Assembly: GCA_026995935.1 (NCBI GenBank) | Contig: JALWNK010000063.1 | Span: forward strand, 20,684 to 84,683 | Direction of reading: 5' to 3' | Origin: Deltaproteobacteria bacterium | GTDB lineage: Bacteria; Desulfobacterota; Dissulfuribacteria; Dissulfuribacterales; QOAL01 | Length of the DNA: 64,000 nt | Shown here: positions 9,910 to 20,342 of the stretch, piece after piece | How positions within the stretch are numbered: position 1 is the first letter of the stretch | Layout of the letters: each line of letters opens with the position of its first letter | Notes under the pieces: generated by a model | Told to the model about the DNA's origin: nothing | Seen by the model: the letters and a program-made list of their open reading frames with translations, nothing else | Databases searched by the model: none | Made by a program: the position numbers and the translations under genes

Positions 9910-11289
9910 GTGAAGACCTTTGAAGTAAAGAGGCTCAAGCGGGATCAGTATCGTATCCCGCCCCAAAATATTGAGGCGGAGCAGTGCGTCCTTGGTGGCA
10001 TACTTATTGAGGCAGGTGCCCTCCTCAAGGTCATTGAGATACTTGAACCAGATGACTTCTACAAGGAAAGCCACGCCATCATCTATTCCGCCATCATAGA
10101 TCTGTTTGACAGGAATGAGCCACAGGACCTTGTGACCGTACACAACGAGCTTAAGCGCCGCGGGCAGCTTGAGGCCGTGGGCGGGGCCGTTTATCTGGCC
10201 GAGCTGACCGAGACGGTTCCCGTTGCCTCCAACATCGATTACTATGCGAGAATCGTTCGGGATAAGGCAATACTCAGGCGGTTAATCAACAAAAGCTCAG
10301 ATATCGTCTCCATGTGTTACGAGGAGGCCGAGGACGTTGATGACATCCTTGAGTATGCAGAAAGTACCATCTTTGAACTCTCCCAGGCCAAGATAAAACA
10401 GTCCTTCCACAGGCTAAAGGACGTACTCAAGGACAGTATCAAAAAGGTGGAAGACCTCTATGAAAAGCACGAGCTTATTACTGGGGTCCCATCCGGTTTT
10501 ACTGACCTTGACAATCTTACCGCAGGATTTCAGCCCTCTGACCTTATAATAGTGGCAGGAAGACCCTCCATGGGTAAGACGGCCTTTGCCCTCAATATTG
10601 CCCAGCACGCCGCTGTGGACAACAACATCCCCACGGCTATATTCTCCCTTGAAATGTCAAAGGAGCAGCTCGCCTTGAGGATGCTCTGTTCAGAGGCAAT
10701 GGTTGATGCCCACAAGGTGCGTACAGGTTTTCTTGGAAGGGAAGACTGGCCAAGGCTCATAAACGCCGCTGGCAATCTCTCCAGGGCTCCCCTGTTTATA
10801 GATGACACGCCGGCCTTGAGTGTCCTTGAGATGAGGGCCAAGGCAAGGAGGTTGAAGAGTGATCAGGGGATAGGGTTGGTTATTGTTGACTATCTCCAGC
10901 TCATGCAGGGAAGGAGCGGAAGTGAGCGCAGGGAACAGGAGATATCAGAGATTTCAAGGTCTTTAAAGGCCATGGCCAAGGAGCTGAATGTGCCTGTAAT
11001 AGCCCTTTCCCAGTTAAACAGAAAGGTTGAGGACAGGCCAAACAAGCGTCCCCAGATGTCCGATCTCAGGGAGTCTGGCGCAATAGAACAGGATGCGGAT
11101 GTCATCGCCTTTATTTACAGGGACGAGGTATACAACAGGGACGAGAACAATCCCCGCCGGGGAAAGGCCGAAATAATAGTGGCCAAACAGAGGAACGGGC
11201 CAACAGGCACCGTGGTCCTGGCCTTTGTTGGGAAGTACTCAACCTTTGGAAACCTTGCAGACGAAGAGCAGACGCCAGATATTACTTGA
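9910..11289 (+). CDS. dnaB: Replicative DNA helicase
   Basis: PPQNIEAEQ, GRPSMGKT, VDYLQLM, DLRESGAIEQDAD, KQRNGPTG. Confidence 0.98.
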   Translation: MKTFEVKRLKRDQYRIPPQNIEAEQCVLGGILIEAGALLKVIEILEPDDFYKESHAIIYSAIIDLFDRNEPQDLVTVHNELKRRGQLEAVGGAVYLAELTETVPVASNIDYYARIVRDKAILRRLINKSSDIVSMCYEEAEDVDDILEYAESTIFELSQAKIKQSFHRLKDVLKDSIKKVEDLYEKHELITGVPSGFTDLDNLTAGFQPSDLIIVAGRPSMGKTAFALNIAQHAAVDNNIPTAIFSLEMSKEQLALRMLCSEAMVDAHKVRTGFLGREDWPRLINAAGNLSRAPLFIDDTPALSVLEMRAKARRLKSDQGIGLVIVDYLQLMQGRSGSERREQEISEISRSLKAMAKELNVPVIALSQLNRKVEDRPNKRPQMSDLRESGAIEQDADVIAFIYRDEVYNRDENNPRRGKAEIIVAKQRNGPTGTVVLAFVGKYSTFGNLADEEQTPDIT

Positions 11290-11944
11290 GGCCATAAGGA
11301 CCGTTACAGGGGCCTTTGGCCTTCCCCTTAGCCCCAATCAGGAAAGAGATATTCTCACCTACTTTTTGACCCTGCATGACTGGAACAGATCCATAAACCT
11401 TACGGGCATCAGGGAGCCGGATCTCCTGGTTTACAAGCACCTTGGGGACAGCCTGATTTTTGAGATGTTCATGGACGAAAAGACGGAAAGCCTTTTGGAT
11501 ATAGGTACAGGGCAGGGGGTCCCAGGGCTTATTCTGAAAATCATCAGGCCTCAGATGTACGTGGTGCTGGCAGAGGCGGTAAAGAAGAAGTGCTCCTTTT
11601 TAAATTATGTCTCCTCCCTTTTGAACCTTTCCGGGCTAAAGGTGGAAGAGGGAAGGCTTGAAAAGGGGGCAAGGCCCAAGGCTATGCCTGAAGGGGGCTT
11701 TGAGATGGTGGTTAGTCAGGCAGCAGGTAGTCTCAACTGGCTGCTTGATCTTTCGGTTAAGCTTTTTTCTGAAAAAGGGAAGATTGCCTCCCTTAAAGGG
11801 CCTTCTGTTAAGGGGGAAATTGACGCAATAAAGAGGCGTGCAGAGGGGCTTGGACTACAGGTGGTGGTAAGGGAGACGCTCCTGCCGGTGCTGAACCATG
11901 AAAGGGTCATGGTCCTTTTTGAAAGGGCCCATAATAAATCCTGA
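11255..11944 (+). CDS. rsmG: 16S rRNA m7G527 methyltransferase RsmG (start uncertain, TTG 11225 or 11255)
   Basis: WNRSINLT, KHLGDSL, DIGTGQGVPG, KKCSFL. Confidence 0.85.
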   Translation: MQTKSRRQILLEAIRTVTGAFGLPLSPNQERDILTYFLTLHDWNRSINLTGIREPDLLVYKHLGDSLIFEMFMDEKTESLLDIGTGQGVPGLILKIIRPQMYVVLAEAVKKKCSFLNYVSSLLNLSGLKVEEGRLEKGARPKAMPEGGFEMVVSQAAGSLNWLLDLSVKLFSEKGKIASLKGPSVKGEIDAIKRRAEGLGLQVVVRETLLPVLNHERVMVLFERAHNKS

Positions 11945-12028
11945 GACATCCCAAGGGCATCCTGGTTTAAGACAGGATTTAAAAGAGCCTGTAACACCCC
12001 CAACAACAAATAATTATTTTCCCGGATA

Positions 12029-13387
12029 TTACTGGCCTTGGCACGCCTTTTCTATGTGGGCAGACAGTTCCCTTGCAATCTCCTCGATTTCATCCTTGTC
12101 TTCACCTTCCACCATCACCCTGATTACAGGTTCAGTTCCAGAAGGCCTGATCAGTATCCTTCCCCTTGAGCCTAGCCTATCTTCAAGGCTTTTTTGAAGC
12201 TTTTCAAGGCCCGGAATCTCCTCGAGGGGCCGTTTTTCAGTAAGCCGCACGTTATAGAGGACCTGGGGAAAGGTCTCCATTACAGAGGCAAGCTCAGAAA
12301 GTGGACGCTTGGTGCGCTGCATGACAGCAAGAAGCTGAAGGGCTGCAAGGATGCCATCTCCGGTAGTGATGTGGTCCATGAAGATGAGATGTCCTGACTG
12401 TTCGCCGCCAAAGTTGTAGCCCTTCTCCCTCATGGTCTCCACCACATAGCGGTCTCCCACCTTTGTGCGAACCAGCCTTCCGCCCATTTTTTTAAGGGCC
12501 TTTTCAAGCCCCATGTTGCTCATGACCGTGGCAACCACTGTATTGTAGTTGAGCCTTTTGTTCTCTATCATGTCCTTTGCACAGATGGCCATGATGTGGT
12601 CGCCATCCACCACATTTCCCTTTTCATCCACAACAATTACCCGGTCGCCGTCACCGTCCAGGGCAATGCCCATGTCAGCACCGCTTGTGCGCACGAGCTC
12701 CTGCATGAGATCTGGATAGAGTGCCCCGCAGTTCTCGTTTATGTTGGTTCCGTTGGGTTCAACCCCTATCTTTATCACCTCGGCCCCCAGTTCCTCGAAT
12801 ACGGCAGGGGCTACCTTGTAGGTTGCGCCGTTGGCACAGTCAAGCACTATCTTGAGTCCATCTAGGGTCAGCTCCTTGGGGAAGGTGTGTTTTGCAAAGA
12901 CGATGTACCTTCCACGGGCATCATCTATCCTGTATGCCTTACCCACGTCTTTTCCGGTGGGCATTTCTCGCTCAAGGGTGGGAGACTCAATGAGCTCTTC
13001 TATTCTGGCCTCGACACGATCTGGAAGCTTGAAGCCGTCGTGTGAAAAGAGCTTTATGCCGTTGTCCTGAAAGGGGTTGTGAGAGGCGGATATCACCACA
13101 CCTGCATCAGCCCTCATGCTCTCTGTCAAAAAGGCAATGGCTGGGGTGGGCATCGGGCCAACCAGGAGGACGTCTACCCCCATGGAACAAATACCTGCCG
13201 CCAGGGCGTTTTCAAGCATGTAACAAGACAGCCTGGTATCCTTTCCTATGAGTATTCTGGGGTTTCTGCTTCTTTCATTCTTGAATACGTAGGCCACTGC
13301 CCTTCCAAGGTTCATGGCGACGTCTGGGGTCATGGGATAGACATTTGCCAGTCCTCTTACACCATCTGTACCAAAAAGACTCCTCAT
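12029..13387 (-). CDS. glmM: Phosphoglucosamine mutase
   Basis: [35 protein letters not shown]. Confidence 0.97.
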   Translation of the reverse strand: MRSLFGTDGVRGLANVYPMTPDVAMNLGRAVAYVFKNERSRNPRILIGKDTRLSCYMLENALAAGICSMGVDVLLVGPMPTPAIAFLTESMRADAGVVISASHNPFQDNGIKLFSHDGFKLPDRVEARIEELIESPTLEREMPTGKDVGKAYRIDDARGRYIVFAKHTFPKELTLDGLKIVLDCANGATYKVAPAVFEELGAEVIKIGVEPNGTNINENCGALYPDLMQELVRTSGADMGIALDGDGDRVIVVDEKGNVVDGDHIMAICAKDMIENKRLNYNTVVATVMSNMGLEKALKKMGGRLVRTKVGDRYVVETMREKGYNFGGEQSGHLIFMDHITTGDGILAALQLLAVMQRTKRPLSELASVMETFPQVLYNVRLTEKRPLEEIPGLEKLQKSLEDRLGSRGRILIRPSGTEPVIRVMVEGEDKDEIEEIARELSAHIEKACQGQ

Positions 13388-14310
13388 CTTATCTTCTCCC
13401 TGGAGATTCTCACTTGGACCTTCTTGGGAATGATCTCAAGACACTCAAAACCCGTGGGCCCCTGTGCCTTGGGCTCAATCGTGTACCTGCCCGGCTTAAG
13501 AGATGTAGCATTGACGCTTACACTGATATCCTCTATACGCAGTTTGTTCAAGGCAGGAATTTCGCCGCACAGTTTTACTGTTACCTCTGTGGGCCATACA
13601 GAGACCTTGTATTGGCCCTGATAGATGCGTACAGGCACATGCCTGATCCTTCTTGTTCCCTTCTTTGGACGTATGTAAACGGTAACCCTGAATTTGGACG
13701 CACCTTCCACGCTGATCCTCAGGTTTCCGATGTCTGGGCTTGAGATGGCCGTAAAGGTCTTTCTGGCACCTGTAAGATCAACTGGTAAAAGTTTAAGTTC
13801 TTTAATGGAGGCCACCACCTTTGCCGGACCGCTTATCTGGGTGGCAAGGGGCTGCACCATTACCTTTTCCACCTCGTATCCCTGGGCAGGCTTGTTTCTC
13901 AGGACTGGTTTTACCGGGACTGTCTTTCTTAGCAGGGGCTGAAGTTCTATCTCTATAATGTTTGGTTTTATCCTGAGTACCTTAACACCCCCGGGCAGGG
14001 AAAAGTCATCTGCTGCCAGGTGAATGAGCATCTTTCCCGGGGTGGCATCTCTGAGATCAATGACCTTGGTGAGATTTTGGGCGGCAATGTTCCTTATAAT
14101 TGATCTTGGCCCGAAGACACGCAGCTGTATGTCCGAGGGGATGTCATTGGCAATGACCAGATGGGAGGGCAGGTTTATGATTTCAATGGGAACGGAAAGG
14201 CCTATCTCTGCCTTTTCCTGCCCTACAACAAATGACCACAGGGTAATGGAAAAGGCCAGCGCTATGACCTTTAGATGCCAGTCCCTTATGAAGATGTCCC
14301 GCCAGTTCAT
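13384..14310 (-). CDS. cdaR: CdaR/YbbR family diadenylate cyclase regulator
   Basis: N-terminal TM ([15 protein letters not shown]) and YbbR-like repeats; between cdaA and glmM. Confidence 0.88.
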   Translation of the reverse strand: MNWRDIFIRDWHLKVIALAFSITLWSFVVGQEKAEIGLSVPIEIINLPSHLVIANDIPSDIQLRVFGPRSIIRNIAAQNLTKVIDLRDATPGKMLIHLAADDFSLPGGVKVLRIKPNIIEIELQPLLRKTVPVKPVLRNKPAQGYEVEKVMVQPLATQISGPAKVVASIKELKLLPVDLTGARKTFTAISSPDIGNLRISVEGASKFRVTVYIRPKKGTRRIRHVPVRIYQGQYKVSVWPTEVTVKLCGEIPALNKLRIEDISVSVNATSLKPGRYTIEPKAQGPTGFECLEIIPKKVQVRISREKIR

Positions 14311-15108
14311 CTACTTTAACCTCGAGTTCCAGCTGGAGCCCTCTTTTTCTTCCGAAATCGAAAAGCTGTTGTGAAGTATTCTTCTTAGTATACCTGGGCT
14401 TATGTCACGAGTTATCCTTCCGGCTATTGCCACGGATATGGCACCGGTCTCCTCTGAAACTATTACGGTGACCGCGTCTGTCTGCTCGGTTATGCCGATT
14501 CCAGCCCTGTGTCTCGTGCCAAGTCTTCTGCTAATTGCCGGGTTTGAAGTAAGGGGAAGCACGCATCCAGCCGCTGCAAGCCTTCCCCCCTGTATTATTA
14601 CAGCCCCGTCGTGCAGGGGGGTACACTTTGCAAATATGGTGTTCAGGAGCATTCGGCTCACCTCGGCATCTATCTTTGTTCCGGTTTCAATGTACTCGTT
14701 CAGGCCAATGGTCCGTTCAAGGACGATGAGCGCCCCTGTCCTGGTTTGGGAAAGCTCTGAAGCGGCCTTGGCAACCTCTTCCAGGGCGTGAAATGTCTTG
14801 ACCTTGTACCTGAGAAATGGAGGCTGTCCAAACTGGGTCAGAACGCGCCTTATGTCATCCTGAAATACGATTACAACCAGCAAAAAGATGGAGCTAAGGG
14901 CTGTACCAAGGAGCCAGTGGAGTGTGTAGAGCTGAAGCTGCTTGGCGACGAAATAGATGAGGACGATGACCCCCAGCCCCGCTGCCATCTGTACGGCCCT
15001 GGTACCCCTGATGAGCACCATGATCCGGTAGATAATAAAGGCCACAAGGAGTATATCTACTATGTCCTGCCAGCGCAGAATGGGGAGAAACTGCTGCAGG
15101 GCATCCAT
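14311..15108 (-). CDS. cdaA: Diadenylate cyclase CdaA (c-di-AMP synthase)
   Basis: Three N-terminal TMs; PLHDGA and LGTRHRA catalytic motifs; VSEETG. Confidence 0.95.
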   Translation of the reverse strand: MDALQQFLPILRWQDIVDILLVAFIIYRIMVLIRGTRAVQMAAGLGVIVLIYFVAKQLQLYTLHWLLGTALSSIFLLVVIVFQDDIRRVLTQFGQPPFLRYKVKTFHALEEVAKAASELSQTRTGALIVLERTIGLNEYIETGTKIDAEVSRMLLNTIFAKCTPLHDGAVIIQGGRLAAAGCVLPLTSNPAISRRLGTRHRAGIGITEQTDAVTVIVSEETGAISVAIAGRITRDISPGILRRILHNSFSISEEKEGSSWNSRLK

Positions 15109-15968
15109 TATTCAGATTCCCCTTTCCTGGTTCGTAATGCATGTGCAACCTTGATGGCGTCCACTACGCAACCTGGTTCATGGACCCTGACGAGCCCTGC
15201 TCCATTTAAAACTGCCGCTACCACGGCTCCGCAGGTGGCAATATCCCTGTGGCTGGGCGTGGTGTGGCCAGTGATCTCACCTAGAAAGGCCTTTCTGGAA
15301 GGGCCAACGAGAACAGGTCTTTGAAGATCAAGGAATGCCTTTATGTTATTGATGATGTCCAGGTTGTCCTGGAAGCGCTTTCCAAAGCCGATTCCAGGGT
15401 CAAGAATTATCTGCTTCCTGCTTATGCCCTTGCCCATGCAAAAATTGATTCTTTCCTTGAAAAAATCGTGTATTTCCCTGATTACGTCATCATAATGGGG
15501 ATTTAGCTGCATGTCCCTGGGTGTGCCCTTCATATGCATTAGTATTACAGGAACGCCCCTTTGTGCCACCAGGTCCGCCATCTTTTCATCAAATCTCAGT
15601 GCACTGATGTCGTTTATCACGTCTGCCCCTTCATCAAGGGCGGCCCTTGCAACCTCTGACTTTGTGGTATCAACCGAAATGGGAATATCAGACAATGACC
15701 TTATGGCCCTTACTGCACTAATCACCCTTTCCATCTCCTGATCAAGGGGAACAGGTTCAGAAAAGGGGCGGGATGATTCACCTCCCACGTCAATTATGTG
15801 GGCTCCATCTGAGATGAGTCTTGTACACTGGGCTGTTATGGCCTCTTTACTAAGAAAGCGGCCACCGTCTGAAAAGGAGTCAGGGGTCACATTGAGGACC
15901 CCCATTACAATGGTCTGTTTTTCGGGATTTAGGTCAACATGTCGGCATCTTATGGCATGATTGGTCAT
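15108..15968 (-). CDS. folP: Dihydropteroate synthase
   Basis: GVLNVTPDSFSDGG, DVGGESSRP, DPGIGFGK, SRK, VRVH. Confidence 0.97.
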   Translation of the reverse strand: MTNHAIRCRHVDLNPEKQTIVMGVLNVTPDSFSDGGRFLSKEAITAQCTRLISDGAHIIDVGGESSRPFSEPVPLDQEMERVISAVRAIRSLSDIPISVDTTKSEVARAALDEGADVINDISALRFDEKMADLVAQRGVPVILMHMKGTPRDMQLNPHYDDVIREIHDFFKERINFCMGKGISRKQIILDPGIGFGKRFQDNLDIINNIKAFLDLQRPVLVGPSRKAFLGEITGHTTPSHRDIATCGAVVAAVLNGAGLVRVHEPGCVVDAIKVAHALRTRKGESE

Positions 15969-17818
15969 TTATCAGAAGGACCGTCGCTTTCCTCTTCTTT
16001 TTCTGTTTCTGCATTCTCTTCTTTTTTTCGACACCTGGAAAGGATTTCGTCAATATCCTTGGCGTCAAGGGTCTCATTTTCAAGAAGTGCCCGGGCGATC
16101 TGGTGGAGGCATTCAATGTTTTCCGTAAGCAGTTTCTTGGTCTTGTTGTAGGTCTCGGTAACGATTTTTTCGATTGCCTTGTCTATCTTTTGGGCAGTTG
16201 CCTCGCTGTATTCGCGCACGTGTCCAAAATCCTTGCCGAGAAACACCTCGTCATTTTGTTTTTGGAAGGCAACAGGCCCTATGTCATCACTCATGCCCCA
16301 CTCGCAAACCATCTTTCTTGCAAGGGAGGAGACGCGCTCTATGTCATTTCCCGCCCCTGTGGTGTAGTCATGGAATATGATTTCCTCGGCCACCCTGCCT
16401 CCCAAGAGTATGGCCAGGTTGTTCATCAGGTAAGAACGGGGGTAGGTGTGCCTTTCATCCTCGGGAAGCTGCTGGGTAAGACCAAGGGCCCTGCCTCTCG
16501 GGATTATAGTCACCTTGTGCACTGGGTCTGTTCCAGGCAGGAGCTTTGCAATCAGGCAGTGGCCAGCCTCATGGTAGGCAGTAATCTTCTTTTCCTGGTC
16601 AGACATTATCAGGCTTTTTCTTTCAACACCCATTAGGACCTTGTCCTTTGCCATCTCAAAGTCCACCATTTCCACTTTGTCCTTGTTGGCCCTGGCGGCA
16701 ATGAGGGCGGCCTCGTTCACAAGGTTTTCCAGGTCAGCACCTGAAAAACCAGGTGTTCCCTTGGCAATTATGGATATGTCCACGTCGTCAGCAAGGGGAG
16801 TCTTTGCCGCATGCACCTTGAGGATTGCCTCACGACCCTTTACGTCGGGGACAGGAACCACCACCTGCCTGTCAAAGCGCCCTGGGCGGAGTAGGGCAGG
16901 GTCCAGAACGTCTGGCCTGTTGGTTGCAGAGATGACAATTACGCCCTCAGACGTTTCAAAACCATCCATCTCCACCAGAAGCTGGTTGAGGGTCTGCTCC
17001 CTTTCGTCATGTCCGCCTCCAAGGCCCGCACCCCTGTGACGGCCAACGGCATCAATCTCGTCTATGAATATGATGCATGGCGCATGTTTTTTTGCCTGAA
17101 GAAATAGGTCACGTACCCGGGATGCACCAACACCAACGAACATTTCTACGAAGTCTGACCCGCTAATGCTGAAAAAGGGAACCCCTGCCTCTCCTGCAAT
17201 GGCCTTTGCCAGCAAGGTCTTACCAGTTCCCGGAGGCCCAACAAGGAGTACGCCCTTTGGAATCCTCCCTCCAAGCTTTGTAAATTTTTTAGGATCCTTA
17301 AGGAAATCTATGACTTCGCTCAGCTCCTCCTTGGCCTCGTCAACGCCTGCAACGTCCTTGAAGGTCACGTTGATATTCTGGCCATTAAGCATCTTGGCCT
17401 TACTTCGCCCAAAGGACATGGCCCGGCCGCCCCCAGTCTGCATCTGGCGCATGAAGAATATCCAGACGCCAATGAGCAAGAGCATGGGGAACCACGAAAT
17501 GAGGAGGGTGAGATACCAGGGGGTCTCCTCCACGGGCTTGACCTGTATTATTACCCCCTTTTTCTTGAGTTCAGGAATGAGGTCTTGATCTTGAAAGGGT
17601 ATGGCCGTATGAAATTTTTTCTGGTTTTCAAAGACCCCTTCTACCTTCTCGTTTTGTATGATGACCTTGGCCACCTTGCCCTTTTCAACATAATTCAGAA
17701 AGTCGCTGTAGGTTATCTCCTGAACATTGGCCTGGGGCTTGTTGAAAAGGTTGAATAAAAATACGACAACAAGGCCTATTACAAGCCAGAGGCTGAGATT
17801 TTTATAAAATGTATTCAA
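15965..17818 (-). CDS. ftsH: ATP-dependent zinc metalloprotease FtsH
   Basis: Two TMs, [22 protein letters not shown]. Confidence 0.98.
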   Translation of the reverse strand: MNTFYKNLSLWLVIGLVVVFLFNLFNKPQANVQEITYSDFLNYVEKGKVAKVIIQNEKVEGVFENQKKFHTAIPFQDQDLIPELKKKGVIIQVKPVEETPWYLTLLISWFPMLLLIGVWIFFMRQMQTGGGRAMSFGRSKAKMLNGQNINVTFKDVAGVDEAKEELSEVIDFLKDPKKFTKLGGRIPKGVLLVGPPGTGKTLLAKAIAGEAGVPFFSISGSDFVEMFVGVGASRVRDLFLQAKKHAPCIIFIDEIDAVGRHRGAGLGGGHDEREQTLNQLLVEMDGFETSEGVIVISATNRPDVLDPALLRPGRFDRQVVVPVPDVKGREAILKVHAAKTPLADDVDISIIAKGTPGFSGADLENLVNEAALIAARANKDKVEMVDFEMAKDKVLMGVERKSLIMSDQEKKITAYHEAGHCLIAKLLPGTDPVHKVTIIPRGRALGLTQQLPEDERHTYPRSYLMNNLAILLGGRVAEEIIFHDYTTGAGNDIERVSSLARKMVCEWGMSDDIGPVAFQKQNDEVFLGKDFGHVREYSEATAQKIDKAIEKIVTETYNKTKKLLTENIECLHQIARALLENETLDAKDIDEILSRCRKKEENAETEKEEESDGPSDK

Positions 17819-17972
17819 ATACGTTCCTCCAATTTCAATTAAATTATGCTGTTGGATTTATTGATTTTTAGAAGTTAATTCAAACTCTTTTGAGAAAAAA
17901 CCAATCTTGGCATTCATTTATTAAATTAACTGAATGCTCAATATAAATGCAACTAAAAAAGCAAGCTGGCAG

Positions 17973-19547
17973 TTAACTGCGGTAAAAATTTTCCCTTGTG
18001 TCTTTTATTAGTAAAAATAGTGTTTTCAGTAGCCCTTTTGGCTCCCAGTGGATTTTGAGGGCACGCGAGCCTTTTACCCTGAACGGATGTGCAACCTCTA
18101 GTCCGCAAACACCTGCTATTTCATTGTCCTTTACAAGAACTGGGACAAAATCGCGCAGGATTTTAGGAACATGTCTTCCCATAAGAAAGTCTTTTAGCTT
18201 TACGGGCTTGTCAAAACCCAGGGGAAAGAACCTGTCTCCAGGCATCCTTAGCCTGACCAGTAGGGGCATAAGATCATCTTCATACCCGAGATAGATGGGC
18301 CTTGGGTAACCTGGAGAGGATATATCCCCTGAAACAGCCTGTTTCATGGGAGAATAATCCGTTTCTTCTACTCTAATCACTCCGAGACAGGGGCCAAGGT
18401 CTATGTTTGCCGGGCCATCTATTTGTGGGCAAGGATCCAGGCTGCATTGGGATTTTAGTTCCTTTAGAAAATCAGTGGAGATAAGTAAACGATTATAAAT
18501 GCGAACAGCCAAAAAACCACTGGGAAGCCTGTAGAAAGACGATGGATTTTTGCCTCTTAGCAAGTGTTCCATTTTGAGGATGTGGTCAGAGACTATCCTC
18601 TCCACGGGCACCCCTGCATCCTTTAATGCCATAAGCAGGGCCCTTCCAAGAACAGAGTTGGGCTCATCAGCCAGCATCTTGACCCTCAAAATCACCATAT
18701 TTTCATGGATTTTTTGGCCCTCTCCCTCTTTCCAGCCAAGCCGGGCCCTTTCATAGGCCTTTCTGGCAAGGGCCATGAGGGCGTCTTCATCCTCTTGAAG
18801 CAGCATGGCGGTCCTTGAAAGGCACTTTGAGATGGAAGGGTTAAAATGTTTCCTTATAACCGGGATGAGAAGCTGTCTCACCCTGTTTCTGGTATATTTG
18901 TCTTCAAGGTTTGACGAATCCGTCACAAATGCGATTCCCATAAGCTTAAGGTGCTCCACCAGCTCCTTTTTCGTTGCGAAAAGAATAGGCCTTATGATGC
19001 CGTCATCCCGTCTGACCCTTATACCGGAAAGACCCTGGAGGGATGCGCCCCTTATGAATCTGATTATCAACTCTTCTGCCTGGTCATCGGCTGTGTGACC
19101 AGTGGCTATGGCATCAATTTGGTTTTCTCTGGCAAGGTCCTTCAAAAAATCATATCTGAGCCTCCTTGCCGCGTTCTGAATGCCAAGGCCATTTTCCTTG
19201 GAGAGTACTTTGACGTCCCCTTTGCCCAAAAAAAAGGGGATACTGTTTTCCTCGCATATCTTTTTCGAAAATAAGGCATCCCTGTCCGCTTCGGCCCCCC
19301 TGAGTCCGTGGTGAAAGTGTGCTGCATAAAGCCGGAACCCGCGCTTTTTGGACAGGAGAAATAGGAGATTCAGAAGACAGACCGAATCCGGCCCTCCGGA
19401 AAGGGCAACCAGGACAGACTCAACCTGGTCGAGGAGCCCGTATCTTCGGACAAAACCCTTGAATTTTTTAAATATCGGGGAATTTTTTCCCTTGTGCGGA
19501 TCAAACTTTAAAGGGGAGCGACCGCCCCCACCATTTAGCAGGCTCAC
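17973..19547 (-). CDS. tilS: tRNA(Ile)-lysidine synthetase
   Basis: PP-loop SGGPDS, ARRLRY, GHTADDQAE, DSSN, RNRVR; upstream of ftsH. Confidence 0.93.
   Translation of the reverse strand: MSLLNGGGGRSPLKFDPHKGKNSPIFKKFKGFVRRYGLLDQVESVLVALSGGPDSVCLLNLLFLLSKKRGFRLYAAHFHHGLRGAEADRDALFSKKICEENSIPFFLGKGDVKVLSKENGLGIQNAARRLRYDFLKDLARENQIDAIATGHTADDQAEELIIRFIRGASLQGLSGIRVRRDDGIIRPILFATKKELVEHLKLMGIAFVTDSSNLEDKYTRNRVRQLLIPVIRKHFNPSISKCLSRTAMLLQEDEDALMALARKAYERARLGWKEGEGQKIHENMVILRVKMLADEPNSVLGRALLMALKDAGVPVERIVSDHILKMEHLLRGKNPSSFYRLPSGFLAVRIYNRLLISTDFLKELKSQCSLDPCPQIDGPANIDLGPCLGVIRVEETDYSPMKQAVSGDISSPGYPRPIYLGYEDDLMPLLVRLRMPGDRFFPLGFDKPVKLKDFLMGRHVPKILRDFVPVLVKDNEIAGVCGLEVAHPFRVKGSRALKIHWEPKGLLKTLFLLIKDTRENFYRS
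19514..19529 (-). promoter_or_regulatory. Putative bacterial SECIS element of the slyD-like gene
   Basis: GGGGGC-GGTC-GCTCCC hairpin; the loop starts with G about 21 nt after the UGA. Confidence 0.5.
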
Positions 19548-20023
19548 CCTCCGCCTCTGCTGAAGTTGACTGCTCTCAAAATGTCCATGGCAGAGGCTGC
19601 GCGAACGGAAAGTATCTGTGCCTTCAGAATGAGCTCCTTTCCTGCGGCAGGATGGTTAAAATCTGCAACGACACTGTCTTCCCTGATTTCCTTCACCATG
19701 AATCTCACTGGCTGACCCTGGGCATTTATCTCTTCATAGAGCTCCCCCTCTTTAAGGGTTTCTGGCCGTTTTATCTGGGAAAGAGACAGTTCGCTAACAA
19801 GGCTTTCGTCCCTTTTGCCAAATCCCTGTTCCGGGGGAATGGATACCTCTACTTCATCTCCTTCTGAAAGTTGAAGTATGGCTTTTTCAAGGGCGGGGAT
19901 TACAGGTTCCCTGCCATAGAGAAACTCTGTTTTGAAGACCCTGGAAAGCTCGGGCGGGGTTATACCGTCTTTTACCTGAAGCATATATTGGATCTGGACA
20001 ACTGTATCGTTTTCTACCTTCAT
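19535..20023 (-). CDS. slyD: SlyD-like FKBP-type peptidylprolyl isomerase. Ends at UGA 19544, or at TAA 19535 (tail GGG-U-A-C) if the UGA is recoded as Sec.
   Basis: IPALEKA, IPPEQGFG, DFNHPAAGKEL. ATG 20023 behind AGGAG. The 3' end reads GGG TGA GCC TGC TAA, followed by a hairpin. Confidence 0.85.
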
Positions 20024-20161
20024 CCTGTTACTCCTAATTATATAAAGAAATGATGCATTATAACCCAAATGAAAAGTTTCTTAAAGCCATTTCCGCAAAG
20101 GGGCCTCATGCTTTACAATAATTTAAAAACTGATTATACAGAGGCCTGGACTTTTTGTCAG

Positions 20162-20238
<77 letters not shown>

Positions 20239-20252
20239 AGCTTTGCCTTGAC

Positions 20253-20286
20253 AGGGGGGAATGATGTCACTCGTTCCTCCCTTTTT
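20253..20286 (+). terminator. Rho-independent terminator after the tRNA
   Basis: AGGGGGGAATGA-TGTCAC-TCGTTCCTCCCT followed by TTTT. Confidence 0.75.
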
Positions 20287-20342
20287 GTTGTATAAATACT
20301 GCTGGTACTCACATCTCTTAATCAGATTAACAGGCACTAGAC

